Source of the DNA: Candidatus Parvarchaeota archaeon
GTDB taxonomy: Archaea > Nanobdellota > Nanobdellia > WJKC01
Assembly (NCBI GenBank): GCA_030615175.1
Contig: JAUWZX010000001.1
Coordinates: 346,029 to 410,028, forward strand
Direction: 5' to 3'
Length of the DNA stretch: 64,000 nucleotides
The notes below the pieces were generated by a model. The model ran no database searches. It had not been told where the DNA came from and saw nothing but the letters and a program-made list of their open reading frames with translations. The position numbers were made by a program, and so were the translations under genes. Positions 1 to 9,636 of this stretch are shown piece after piece; within the stretch, counting starts at the first letter, position 1, and every line of letters starts with the position of its first letter.

Positions 1-1292
1 TTCCAGTGTACTTCTATTGCACTATATATCTGTCCTTTTTCTAGTAGTTTGTTTCCGAACGTTATTAGTTCTTCTTTACCTGCTTTCTCGTATGCTTCTA
101 TTGCGTTAAATATCCTTCCTTCTTCTAATGCCTTGTTTCCGCATTCTATTAGTCCTTGTTTGTTTTCTGCTTTCCCGTATGCCATTATTGCATCCCTTAT
201 CAATCCTTCTTCCAATGCTTTTTTTCCGCATTCTATTAGTCCTTGTTTGTTTTCTGCTTTTTCGTATGCCATTACCGCGCTGCTTATCCATACTTTTTCT
301 AGCAATTTGTTGCCGCATTCTATTAGTCCTTGTTTGTTTCCTGCTTTCCCGTATGCCATTACCGCGCTGCTTATCAGTCCTTTTTCCAGTAATTTGTTTC
401 CGAGTGTTGTTAGCCCTTTTTTTTCGTAGTCGCTAAGTATTAATTCTTCTTCCATGTTCAGTATTATTTCTCCTAATTCTTCGTAATTGATTTTTAATCG
501 TTTGGTTCTGTACTTGTTTAATATAGGGTTTTCGTATTCTGTTTCCTCATCTTGCTTTATTTTATCCTTGATTACTTCTGCATGTGTTAATCCAATTTCA
601 GGATCTTCTTTGCTGGCTGCTTTAATTACGTCTTTGATTATATCTCTATGAATGTTTTCGCCGTATTCATTTTTGAATTGCTGGTATATGTACCAGTTAT
701 TAATATGGATTCTCAGTGCTTTTTCAAAGCTTATTTTATTACTTAAGTCAGTGCGTCGTTCTTTTTCGATTAGTATTATTTTATCAGGTTCCTTGTTAAT
801 TATTGATTCTGCTTTCCATTTACCATTACTATGTGTTGCTTTGGTTTTGAATATGCCGTATGATTCATAGTCTACTTCAACTATTTCTATTGGGATTACT
901 AATCCGTGAGCGCAGTTTCTTTGGTTGAGTATTTTTATTTTATTATTCCTTTTAGTGTATGGGTTTAAGTGTATGACTCTATCATTGTTGTATAAGCCGT
1001 AACCTGCTTCTGTTCTTGTTTGGGTTGTTAATAGTTTTAGTATTGCGTACTCAACGTCTTTTTCTTCGTGGTATAGTATTTTTTTTTCTTTGTGGTATAG
1101 TATCCTGATGCCTGTTTTAGTGAATGAGCCGTATTTATTACTAAGTATCCCTTTTACTTTCACTTCAAGTTCTTCTCCTGCTTCAGGCATTAATTCTGCT
1201 AAGTTATTTAATCGCTGGTGAACGCTATTAATGTAATTATCCTTTTCTTCCTCATAAGCGTTAAATTCATTGATTAATCCATTTAAATCCAT
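1..1292 (-). CDS. Alpha-helical (TPR-like, ~28-29 aa) repeat protein; partial, runs off the window start; long paralog of 1351..2073
   Basis: Manual translation from ATG 1292 (MDLNGLINEFNAYEEEKDNYINSVHQRL...) stays open to position 1. C-terminal repeats GNKLLEKG.ISSAVMAY.KA.NKQGLIEC. Absent from the ORF track because no stop lies in the window. Confidence 0.85.
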   Translation of the reverse strand, partial: MDLNGLINEFNAYEEEKDNYINSVHQRLNNLAELMPEAGEELEVKVKGILSNKYGSFTKTGIRILYHKEKKILYHEEKDVEYAILKLLTTQTRTEAGYGLYNNDRVIHLNPYTKRNNKIKILNQRNCAHGLVIPIEIVEVDYESYGIFKTKATHSNGKWKAESIINKEPDKIILIEKERRTDLSNKISFEKALRIHINNWYIYQQFKNEYGENIHRDIIKDVIKAASKEDPEIGLTHAEVIKDKIKQDEETEYENPILNKYRTKRLKINYEELGEIILNMEEELILSDYEKKGLTTLGNKLLEKGLISSAVMAYGKAGNKQGLIECGNKLLEKVWISSAVMAYEKAENKQGLIECGKKALEEGLIRDAIMAYGKAENKQGLIECGNKALEEGRIFNAIEAYEKAGKEELITFGNKLLEKGQIYSAIEVHW

Positions 1293-1327
1293 GAGTAGAG
1301 ACTAATGATTAATTTGATTTAAAAACT

Positions 1328-1377
1328 TTACTGGTGAGCGTAAATGAATTCTAAGCCCTTTTTATTCTTTTTCTAAG
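1328..1377. repeat. Degenerate copy of the gltX 3' end (other copy 2110..2160)
   Basis: ggtgagcgtaaatgaattctaagc is shared exactly; the following promoter/start region is also duplicated. Confidence 0.9.
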
Positions 1378-2073
1378 TTTTTCGGTATTTTTCCCTGCTT
1401 TCCTGTATGCTTCTTTTGCGCTGGTTATCCATCCTTTTTCCAGTGCTTTTTCTCCGCATTCTATTAATCCTTGTTTGTTTCCTGCTTTCTCGTATGCCAT
1501 TACCGCGCTGCTTATCCATCCTTCTTCTAGCAGTCTGTTTCCGCATTTTATTAATTCTTCTTTTCCTGCTCTTTCGTATGCCATTATTGCGTCCTTTACC
1601 CTTCTTGCTTTTAATAATTTGTTTCCGAGTGTTATTAGTTCTTTTTTTCCTGCTTTTTCGTATGCCAGTATTGCGCTGTTCATCCATCCTTTTTCTAGTA
1701 ATTTGTTTCCGAGCGTTATTAGTTCTTCTTTCCCTATTTTTTCGTAGGCCGCTATTTCTATTGGCATTACTAGTCCGTAAGCGTATTTTATTTGATTGAA
1801 TGTTTGTATTTTATCATTCCTTGTTTTGGTTGTTAATAATTTTAGTACTGCGTACTCAGTGCCTTCTTCTTCATGGTATAGTATTCTGATGCCTGTTTTA
1901 GTGAATGAACCATATTTATTGTTAAGTACTCTCTTAGCTTTCATTTCAAGTTCTTCTCTTGATTCAGGCATTAATTCTATTAAGTTGTTTAATCGCTGGT
2001 AAACGCCATTAATGTAATCATCCTTTTCTTCCTCATAAGCGTTGAATTCATTAATTAATTCATTCAAGTTCAT
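1351..2073 (-). CDS. Alpha-helical (TPR-like) repeat protein, short paralog
   Basis: Repeats of ELITLGNKLLEKGW..SA..AYEKAG; N-terminus nearly identical to the ORF starting at 1292. Confidence 0.8.
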   Translation of the reverse strand: MNLNELINEFNAYEEEKDDYINGVYQRLNNLIELMPESREELEMKAKRVLNNKYGSFTKTGIRILYHEEEGTEYAVLKLLTTKTRNDKIQTFNQIKYAYGLVMPIEIAAYEKIGKEELITLGNKLLEKGWMNSAILAYEKAGKKELITLGNKLLKARRVKDAIMAYERAGKEELIKCGNRLLEEGWISSAVMAYEKAGNKQGLIECGEKALEKGWITSAKEAYRKAGKNTEKLRKRIKRA

Positions 2074-2109
2074 TGAGTAGAGACTAATGATTAATTTAAT
2101 TTAAAAACT

Positions 2110-3762
2110 TTACGGGTGAGCGTAAATGAATTCTAAGCTTTTCTTATTCTTTTTTTCAAGCCTTGCGAATGCGTAGCGCTGGAATTGAATTACTTCTCCT
2201 TTCTTAATCTTCTTACACTGCGCCTCGCAGTAACCATTATCCCATGAACCGTCAGGCATTAATACTCTGCACGTTAAGTACTTCTTATCTAGTACGTAGT
2301 GGATTTTCTTAATGTCATAAACCGTTTTCTGGTCCTTAGCACGCTCAGCCCTGCCCTTACTAATTAATTTAATGTTCATGTAATCCATTAAACGCACTTT
2401 CATTCCTTTACTTAATGCTTTCGCATCCCCCTCAGTAATCCATATAGTTTCCCCGTCCTTTATGATTAATTTCATTGGATTCTTAACGAATGAGTAACGC
2501 TTGCATTCTGAATCTATTATTTTTCTATTAATAGTGTATAAACTTTCAATTGGCACTTTAACTTCTGCCTTGCTTAAACCCATTGATATTATGAACTCCC
2601 TTAATGCCTGCTTCTTGAACCCGCGCCTCTTAAGGCTCTGAACGCTCCAAGTCCTAGGGTCATCCCAGCCAGTGTACCTGCCTGACTCAACTTCCATTCT
2701 TGACTTGCTCTTACTAATCTTCGCTCCCTCTATCTGGAATAAACCGATAAGCATTATTTCAGGTTTTTCATTATAATCAAGGACGTTCCAGATAAATTCC
2801 TCCATCCTGCCTTCAATCATTAATTCCTTGCCCCTAATAATATGCGTGACTCCTAGCAGCATGTCATCAACAGCCCAACTCATTTCAAGCATAGGCCACA
2901 CAGAATACTTATTACCAATCCTTGCATGCTTCCTCTTGCTTATCCTGAATAATACTCTGTCCCTGAACGCAGGGTCCTTATCCTTCATATCAGTTTTTAA
3001 CCTGACCACTGCTGTACCTTCATCGTATTCTTCTTTAAGCATGCTTTTCCATTTACTTAAATTCTTATTAACACTATTATTCCTATGCTCACAATCTATG
3101 CCTTTCGCCCTGTAATCCCTTATTAAGGCGTTAGGGCATTCGCAAACGTAAGCAGCGCCTTTCCTTATTAATTCCCCACCGTACTTGTAGAATAATTTCA
3201 AGCGGTCTGACTTGTAAATGATTTTTGAGTCATATTTTATTCCTAACCATTTTATGGCTTCAGGTATTAACTTGTATGCTTCCCTTACTATTGGTTTCTG
3301 CTCGCTTCCAATAGTGTCATCAATCACTAGTAATAATTTCCCTCCATACTTCTTTGCATACTCATCATTTATTATCATTCCCCTGATATTACCAATGTGT
3401 ATTGCTCCTGAAGGAAATGGTGCTAAGCGCATTACTACTCTGCCCTTAAGTCCTGGTAGTTCAGGCAGCCCCGTTCTTACTTCTTTTTTTTCTAATTGTT
3501 CTGGGAATTGTTTTCTTAACATTTCTTCCTGTTCTTTAATCGTCATATTATTAACTTCTTTAATGACTTCCTTAACATTCTTCGTTAATTCCTTAATATT
3601 ATCCTTCAAACTGGGATTCTCGCCTATCATTTTAGGAATAATTGCTTTAAGCATTGCTTTTCCGTCATGAATCATGGCATTCTTCAAGGCATGCTTGAGC
3701 GCACAAGACTTTGTCTTGGCACCCAGAAAATCTTTGATTTTCTTGGGTATTGATGATTTCAT
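2110..3762 (-). CDS. gltX: Glutamate--tRNA ligase (archaeal type)
   Basis: RLAPFPSGAIHIGN (HIGH), THIIRGKE, KISKS (KMSKS), GWDDPR. Confidence 0.97.
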   Translation of the reverse strand: MKSSIPKKIKDFLGAKTKSCALKHALKNAMIHDGKAMLKAIIPKMIGENPSLKDNIKELTKNVKEVIKEVNNMTIKEQEEMLRKQFPEQLEKKEVRTGLPELPGLKGRVVMRLAPFPSGAIHIGNIRGMIINDEYAKKYGGKLLLVIDDTIGSEQKPIVREAYKLIPEAIKWLGIKYDSKIIYKSDRLKLFYKYGGELIRKGAAYVCECPNALIRDYRAKGIDCEHRNNSVNKNLSKWKSMLKEEYDEGTAVVRLKTDMKDKDPAFRDRVLFRISKRKHARIGNKYSVWPMLEMSWAVDDMLLGVTHIIRGKELMIEGRMEEFIWNVLDYNEKPEIMLIGLFQIEGAKISKSKSRMEVESGRYTGWDDPRTWSVQSLKRRGFKKQALREFIISMGLSKAEVKVPIESLYTINRKIIDSECKRYSFVKNPMKLIIKDGETIWITEGDAKALSKGMKVRLMDYMNIKLISKGRAERAKDQKTVYDIKKIHYVLDKKYLTCRVLMPDGSWDNGYCEAQCKKIKKGEVIQFQRYAFARLEKKNKKSLEFIYAHP

Positions 3763-3815
3763 TATTAATTATTTAGCAATCCCTTATTTTTATACCATAT
3801 GGAATTCGTCACACG

Positions 3816-5147
3816 TTAGATATCTAATTCCTGTCCGTCCTGCAGTAAATGCGAGTCCTTGCCTAACTTGTAACCCAGTTCTGCTGCTAATTGTATGGCA
3901 TTTGATAACTTAATTATTCCTCCATGAGTTGGTATGTAATGCTGCGGTCTAATCATTTTAAGGAACTCCCTCATATCCTCTCTGGCAGCGTGCCCGCTCA
4001 TGTGAATATCCTTAAAAATTCTAACTCCCTTGCTTTTTATTTTTTTATCAAGCACTGACCTGTTAGCCTGGTTAACAGGGCTTGGTATTACTTCAGAGCA
4101 GAATACAACTATGTCTTCTGGCAGTAGTGTGAAAGGCATTTGGTCATCAGCCATTCTTACAAGCATTGCATTAGGTTCTCCCTGATGTCCTGTAGTTATT
4201 ATTAAGAACTTGCCCCTGCCCTCACTCTCAATTCTCTTAAGCATTCTTCTATTCTCCCTCGGTTTTACAAGTATTGCTTCCCTGCTTAACTTGCATAACC
4301 CAACGTTCTCTGCAGCAGTCACGTAATTATACATGCTCCTGCCAATAAGCACTGGAATCCTATTCATTAATTTAGCAATTCTTACAAGAGTTGTTAGCCG
4401 GGCAATATGGCTTGCGAAAGTTGTTACAATAACTGCCTTATTCTTAGTGTCAATCCATAACAAGACATCCTTTAACATTTCCCTAACAAGGCTTTCTGAC
4501 ATGGTTCTTGAATCCCTGTCAACCCTTGTAGAGTCAGTTATTAATGCCTTAACTCCTTTAGCACCTAACTCCTTAAGCCTCTTATAATTAGTTTTCTGAC
4601 CAATTATTGGGCTTTCATCAAACTTGAAGTCAACGCTGTAAATCAAATCCCCTTCCGTCGTGTGCAGTACGCACATAACTGTCTGGAGTGTTGAATGCGT
4701 TGCGTAAACAAACTCAACTGACATAGTATTACTTATCTTGTAAGTGCTCCCGGCATTCAGCATTACTAACTGATTCCTTAACGGTCTTGACTTCTTAATT
4801 AATTGCTTCAGCACTTCAAGAGTGAACGGCGTTGCAATAACAGGGCATTTATACTTGCCAGCAAGAACTGGCACTCCAGCGAGATGGTCTAAGTGCGCGT
4901 GACCAATTATTATTGCCTTAACCTGCCTGCCATACTTCTTGTAGAATTGTCTGTCATCTGGAGCGACTTTCTCGCTTATTAATCGCGGTTCAGGCAGTTT
5001 AAGCACTTCCTCCTCGCCTGATCCTTGAAGTGTTGCTAGTTTATCAACGCTTACCCCGCAGTCAAGTATGACTGTTTCATTTCCTACTGTTACTCCTGTC
5101 ATATTCCTTCCAAATTCTGAGTAACCTCCTATTGCATGTATCTTCAT
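3816..5147 (-). CDS. rnj: Ribonuclease J (MBL/beta-CASP)
   Basis: IGGYSEFGRNMT, HAHLDH, TTFASHIAR, TGHQGEP, HMSGHA, PTHG. Confidence 0.95.
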   Translation of the reverse strand: MKIHAIGGYSEFGRNMTGVTVGNETVILDCGVSVDKLATLQGSGEEEVLKLPEPRLISEKVAPDDRQFYKKYGRQVKAIIIGHAHLDHLAGVPVLAGKYKCPVIATPFTLEVLKQLIKKSRPLRNQLVMLNAGSTYKISNTMSVEFVYATHSTLQTVMCVLHTTEGDLIYSVDFKFDESPIIGQKTNYKRLKELGAKGVKALITDSTRVDRDSRTMSESLVREMLKDVLLWIDTKNKAVIVTTFASHIARLTTLVRIAKLMNRIPVLIGRSMYNYVTAAENVGLCKLSREAILVKPRENRRMLKRIESEGRGKFLIITTGHQGEPNAMLVRMADDQMPFTLLPEDIVVFCSEVIPSPVNQANRSVLDKKIKSKGVRIFKDIHMSGHAAREDMREFLKMIRPQHYIPTHGGIIKLSNAIQLAAELGYKLGKDSHLLQDGQELDI

Positions 5148-5352
5148 TTAATATCACCTTTTAATTAATTATTTAATATAATCCCTTTCCTTTTTTTTAG
5201 GATTAGTTAATGATTTAATAATTAATCGTATTTATAAATATTTATGCGTAACAGTGCAATGGAATGAGGCTAACAAGACTCATTCTTATAGGATGCTCTG
5301 CTGTTTGCATTATCAAAAGACTTATAAAGGTATTATATGTGATTTACTTTCC

Positions 5353-5967
5353 ATGATTTCAAAAGATATTAAGAACTTGAATGAAGTAATCCATACTAAT
5401 TATAAATCTTACTTTCATAAACCCTGGGAGTTCCCAATAACGTCAATTTTCCCTGGCTGGCATTATTGCGGTCATGCTGGAGACCCGGAGGAGGGGGTTA
5501 GGAGAATAACTTTTGAAAATTACTCGCGCCCGCAGATCATCCTTGAAGTCCTGCCTTCAGGAGATTATAATTTCACTAAGAATTACTTTAATCATACTAG
5601 CCTGATTTTTTTAAGAACTGATGTTAATCCACTAATTAAGGGTTTAATTAAGCGGTATAAGAATGGAGCGCACACTAATTTTTATTTTGACTTAAATAAT
5701 GGTAATAATGGTAAAATCAGTGTTTACAAGTTTGGTAAATTATTAAGGAAAGGGGAGTTAATTGATGAACTGCCAAGAAACAGTTTTCCAAAAATGCTTG
5801 ATTCACTGCAACTCTATAATGATGTAATCAATGTATGTTTTAAGTCAAAGGACTTGTATAAATTAATATCTGATTCCTTTATGCACAAGATGACTTACCT
5901 TAGTGACTCCATGCCTTTAGAGGAATTACTTGAGCATTCCAGAAAACACCTTAACCTTAATTCTTAA
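5353..5967 (+). CDS. Hypothetical protein (start reassigned to MISKDIK)
   Basis: Open frame; TATA-like cttataaa ~25 nt upstream of ATG 5353; no recognised motif. Confidence 0.6.
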   Translation: MISKDIKNLNEVIHTNYKSYFHKPWEFPITSIFPGWHYCGHAGDPEEGVRRITFENYSRPQIILEVLPSGDYNFTKNYFNHTSLIFLRTDVNPLIKGLIKRYKNGAHTNFYFDLNNGNNGKISVYKFGKLLRKGELIDELPRNSFPKMLDSLQLYNDVINVCFKSKDLYKLISDSFMHKMTYLSDSMPLEELLEHSRKHLNLNS

Positions 5968-7200
5968 TGCTTCAAGCATTCCCCTCTGTATTAAAGGATT
6001 CCTCTTATCTTTTTCTTTTTCATAAACGTCCTTGCTGCATAAATCAATTAATTTAATTCTTAACTTCCTGCAAGCATTCTTTAATGCTATTCCTGACTCG
6101 CTGTCAGGCTTAAAGTATGACAGGTAATGCTCGTACTTCTGTGCTTTCAAATAATTAATAACTCGTTCTTCAGTTACTCTTAAGTATTCATCCTTAATAC
6201 TCTCTGTTTCTTTTCTTTCATTCCAGTCATAATTATTAAACGGATACTTCCCAGAGAACTCAACTGGTATCACGCCTGGATTGCTAATCACTACGATGTG
6301 CAACTTATTATAGAATGGGAATCCTGATATCATCCGCCTTATTGTCTTATGCGTTCTTGATTTATAGTACGGCTTCCTCTTAGAGCATGGAAGGAATAAG
6401 ATTATTGTCTTGTCAGCAGGTCTTTTGTAGAAGCGCGTGAAGTAGTCCTGCCATACAGTAAAGTATGGATGCACTAAGTACTTCCTTCCAACGCCAGTTA
6501 ATCTCTCCTGCTTTTCAAATCTTGGCTCAAAAGAGTAATTATCAAAGTCGAGTTTAATCCTCTTATCATCATTGTACTTCTCTGTTGCTTCATTAAATTC
6601 TTCTTTATTTATCGGCTTCCATTCACTTTTTATCCAGTAATTAAATAATTCTGCCTTGGCGTGAGGATAAGTATTAATTAGTACTAATTCATCGCAATGC
6701 TTTAACCCATGCTTAACACTCTTTTGAAGCAGTCCCTTATAATTAAATGGCGGGTTCACTAATATGTAACCTTTTACTTTGAATTCGTATTCATGAATTA
6801 ACTTGCATGCTTTATTGAATTTTTTTAGTGTCATGCCCTTTCTTAGCTTCCTTAATACAGCGTCATCTGCTGCTTCTAATCCTATTGCCACTATTAATTT
6901 AACGCCCTTAAATAATCCTAGTTTTTCGCGCGTCACGTATTCTGGTCTTGATTCAATTATTAACTCCCTGTCCTTCATTACTCTGGCAGCATGCTTTAAG
7001 AATTTTATGGGGAATTGTTTCTCATCAAGGAATGAGCCTGAGCCAAATATTTTAAGGCTGGTGACTTTATCATCAACGTTTTCATTAAATGTTTTAATTA
7101 ATTCTTTTGAATCCACTTCAAAGTCATGCTTGCCCCACCCGCAGAAAACGCATCTGCCCCAAGAGCATTTCCCTGAATTTAATATAATTATCTTTTGCAT
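5926..7200 (-). CDS. Fusion of RaSEA-like radical SAM domain and ArcS-like (DUF5591) domain; archaeosine synthesis
   Basis: N-terminal CSWGRCVFC cluster motif, KIFGSGSFLD, IESRPE, AIGLE; C-terminal PCSKRKPYYKSRTH fits the ArcS signature PCx3KPYx2Sx2H; start moved to ATG 7200. Confidence 0.85.
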   Translation of the reverse strand: MQKIIILNSGKCSWGRCVFCGWGKHDFEVDSKELIKTFNENVDDKVTSLKIFGSGSFLDEKQFPIKFLKHAARVMKDRELIIESRPEYVTREKLGLFKGVKLIVAIGLEAADDAVLRKLRKGMTLKKFNKACKLIHEYEFKVKGYILVNPPFNYKGLLQKSVKHGLKHCDELVLINTYPHAKAELFNYWIKSEWKPINKEEFNEATEKYNDDKRIKLDFDNYSFEPRFEKQERLTGVGRKYLVHPYFTVWQDYFTRFYKRPADKTIILFLPCSKRKPYYKSRTHKTIRRMISGFPFYNKLHIVVISNPGVIPVEFSGKYPFNNYDWNERKETESIKDEYLRVTEERVINYLKAQKYEHYLSYFKPDSESGIALKNACRKLRIKLIDLCSKDVYEKEKDKRNPLIQRGMLEALRIKVKVFSGMLK

Positions 7201-7234
7201 AACCCTTAAAATGTAAAAGAGGGTTTTTAAATTT

Positions 7235-8872
7235 ATGTTTGAGTTAAAAAGCAGGGACGGCTTAGGGCGGATTGGCAGATTCACTGTTAATGATAAGTCA
7301 ATAGTGACTCCTAACATTGCAGTAGTTGTTAACCCTAATAATCAAGTCATTCCTCCAAGAGAACTTTACAAGGATTTCGGTGTTGACTTAATCATAACTA
7401 ATGCTTACATTATTAAGAGGTCTAAGAAGAAAATTAAGAACCTGCATGAGTATTACAAGTTCCCTGGACTCATTTACACTGATTCAGGTGCTTATCAGAT
7501 GTATAGCAAGGGCGGTGTCAGCATCACTAATGAGGAAACACTGCGCGTTCAGAAAGAAATAGGCTCTGACATACTAACTCCTCTTGACGTTTTCACTTTC
7601 CCTGATGACTCAAAGAGAGTTGCAAAAGAAAAATTAATAGAGACTAATAAACGCATAATTAAGTCTTTAAGCCCTAACCTCGTGGCGCCAATCCAAGGAG
7701 GATTGTATCTTGACCTGCGCAGGAAGGCTTGCAGGGAGTTGTCAGGAATTGAACCATTAATATATGCTGTTGGAGGTATTGTTCCATTAATAATTAATTA
7801 TGATTACAAACGCTTAATTGAAATAATTCTTGCCTGCAAGCAGAGCCTGCCTTCAAGCATTCCAATCCATGCTTTCGGAGTAGGGCATCCAATTGTGTTC
7901 TCATTGCTCGCGCTTGCTGGTGTTGACTTATTTGACAGTGCTAGTTATGTATTGTACGCGCGTGATGGCAGGTACTTAACTGAGTTCGGCACTAGACGAG
8001 TTAGTGCCTTGCAGTTCCTTCCCTGTTCATGCCCAACATGCATGTCCCATTCACTTAATGAGTTGCGTAATGATTTCTCATTGCTTGCGCGCCATAACTT
8101 GTACATTATCATGAGAGAGATTAAACTTGTTCGCGAGGCGATTCACAGTAATAAATTATTTAACCTTGTCTCGAGCAGAGTTCATGCTCATCCAAGCCTT
8201 TACTATGCTTATAAATGGTTACTTGAGCAGAAGCCATTCATGAATTCTGACCCTGTTACTAAGCGTTCAGCATTCTTCTGGACTGGAGAATTATCTAATT
8301 TGAGACCTGAATTATTAATGGCAAATGAGAGACTTAAGGAACTGGGTTTTAGGAAAGTCCCGCGTGCGTTAAATTTAATGTATCCTTACGGGCAGTCAGA
8401 AGGCATTAGTTTCCCATACCTTAAGAAGGATTACACTGATATTGAGACATTAAGATTGCTTGCTGATTACCAGTTAAGTAAAAGTGCTGGCAGGGCATTA
8501 TTCCCTGATAATATTCATATTGAGTATTCTCGTAATGAACGCATTAATAAAGTGTTTTTAGATAATAAATTGTTATGCGTGCTCAGGGCTAGTGACGGTC
8601 ACTTAATCCTTCATAAAGCCGGCGCTTTACGCGTTAAGAAATTCCTGAAAAAAATTATTATTCAGGAAGATGTTGCTGAATTCCCAGGCAAGGGAGGAAA
8701 TGTTTTCGCAAAGCATGTATTAAGAGTTTCTTCTGGAATCATTCCTGGCATGGAAGTCTTAGTAATGAGTGGCGGCAGGTCAATTGCTGTTGGCGAGGCA
8801 TTGCTTAATTCTAAAGAAATGAAGGAGTTCAAGACAGGCGTTGCTGTTATTGTGCGCGAGGGTTTCTATTAA
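7235..8872 (+). CDS. tgtA: Archaeosine tRNA-guanine(15) transglycosylase with C-terminal PUA domain
   Basis: TDSGAYQ, PIQGG, HAFGVGHP, DLFDSASY, Zn motif CSCPTC..H, PUA-like C-terminus. Confidence 0.95.
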   Translation: MFELKSRDGLGRIGRFTVNDKSIVTPNIAVVVNPNNQVIPPRELYKDFGVDLIITNAYIIKRSKKKIKNLHEYYKFPGLIYTDSGAYQMYSKGGVSITNEETLRVQKEIGSDILTPLDVFTFPDDSKRVAKEKLIETNKRIIKSLSPNLVAPIQGGLYLDLRRKACRELSGIEPLIYAVGGIVPLIINYDYKRLIEIILACKQSLPSSIPIHAFGVGHPIVFSLLALAGVDLFDSASYVLYARDGRYLTEFGTRRVSALQFLPCSCPTCMSHSLNELRNDFSLLARHNLYIIMREIKLVREAIHSNKLFNLVSSRVHAHPSLYYAYKWLLEQKPFMNSDPVTKRSAFFWTGELSNLRPELLMANERLKELGFRKVPRALNLMYPYGQSEGISFPYLKKDYTDIETLRLLADYQLSKSAGRALFPDNIHIEYSRNERINKVFLDNKLLCVLRASDGHLILHKAGALRVKKFLKKIIIQEDVAEFPGKGGNVFAKHVLRVSSGIIPGMEVLVMSGGRSIAVGEALLNSKEMKEFKTGVAVIVREGFY

Positions 8873-9585
8873 TCAAGTCCAAAGTATGAGTCAATAAGTT
8901 TTTCAATTCGTTCAGCAGGGTCAGTCTTTTTTTTCTGAATTACTTTATCTTCTCTAACTAAATCATATAATTCTTTCATGTCTTTTAAAGAGAATTTTTT
9001 ATATGCCCAGTCACTTCTTAATTTTTTAAAATAGTCACTTAGTATTTTCATGTATTTTTCTTTTATTTTATCCATCTTCTCTTTTTTCACTATTTTTTTA
9101 CTAAAAACTATTAAAGTGAACATTTCTTTATTCCCTCTTGTTGCATCTGAATTTACCCTAAAGTCTACTACTTCAATGTAATACTCTTCACTTGATTGCC
9201 TTAAAATGAATCTCCCGTCCTGTTCTATTATCTTTATCTTGAACTTTTCATTAAGTTCTGATATAATATGTTCTATAATTTCTGGTGGCGATTTTTGTAA
9301 TTCACTTGATAAGTTTGCAAGAATTATTGAGCAGAATTTTAATTTTTTTAAATCATTTTCATCTTTTTGGTATATGGTTTTTTCAATCTTAAAGCTTTTA
9401 CGTAAATTTGCATGGTCTTTTTTATAACCAGCAAATAAAGGACCTATTGTAATATCAAAATGAACTAGTAACACTTCTTTAACATTGTATTTCTTCTTTA
9501 ATTTTTCATTAATCTTTTTTAGTTTCGTAAAGTAGAATTCAACGAATTTTTTATCTATAACTTCTTCAATTTTACTTTTAGCCAT
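8869..9585 (-). CDS. Hypothetical protein with uDENN/folliculin-like longin motifs
   Basis: VLLVHFDITIGP and F.V.SDATRGNKEMFTLIV resemble the FDxxxGP and D..ARG motifs of uDENN longins. Confidence 0.55.
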   Translation of the reverse strand: MAKSKIEEVIDKKFVEFYFTKLKKINEKLKKKYNVKEVLLVHFDITIGPLFAGYKKDHANLRKSFKIEKTIYQKDENDLKKLKFCSIILANLSSELQKSPPEIIEHIISELNEKFKIKIIEQDGRFILRQSSEEYYIEVVDFRVNSDATRGNKEMFTLIVFSKKIVKKEKMDKIKEKYMKILSDYFKKLRSDWAYKKFSLKDMKELYDLVREDKVIQKKKTDPAERIEKLIDSYFGLD

Positions 9586-9636
9586 AATAAATTCTTAATT
9601 AATGATAGCATTTATAAATATCTTTTCTTAAATTAT

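Noticed and set aside
20..430. CRISPR-like periodicity
   Set aside because: The period is a multiple of 3 within an ORF, there are no unique spacers, and no cas genes are present.
49..2002. Plus-strand and alternative-frame ORFs over the repeat genes
   Set aside because: Shadow frames arising from the skewed, repetitive coding strand.
1..2073. Diversity-generating retroelement (TR/VR) explanation for the near-identical repeats
   Set aside because: No reverse transcriptase in the window; differences are not confined to adenines; both copies are in-frame coding repeats.
7201..7317. N-terminal extension of the 5926..7317 ORF
   Set aside because: It overlaps tgtA on the opposite strand; the recognisable domain begins at ATG 7200.
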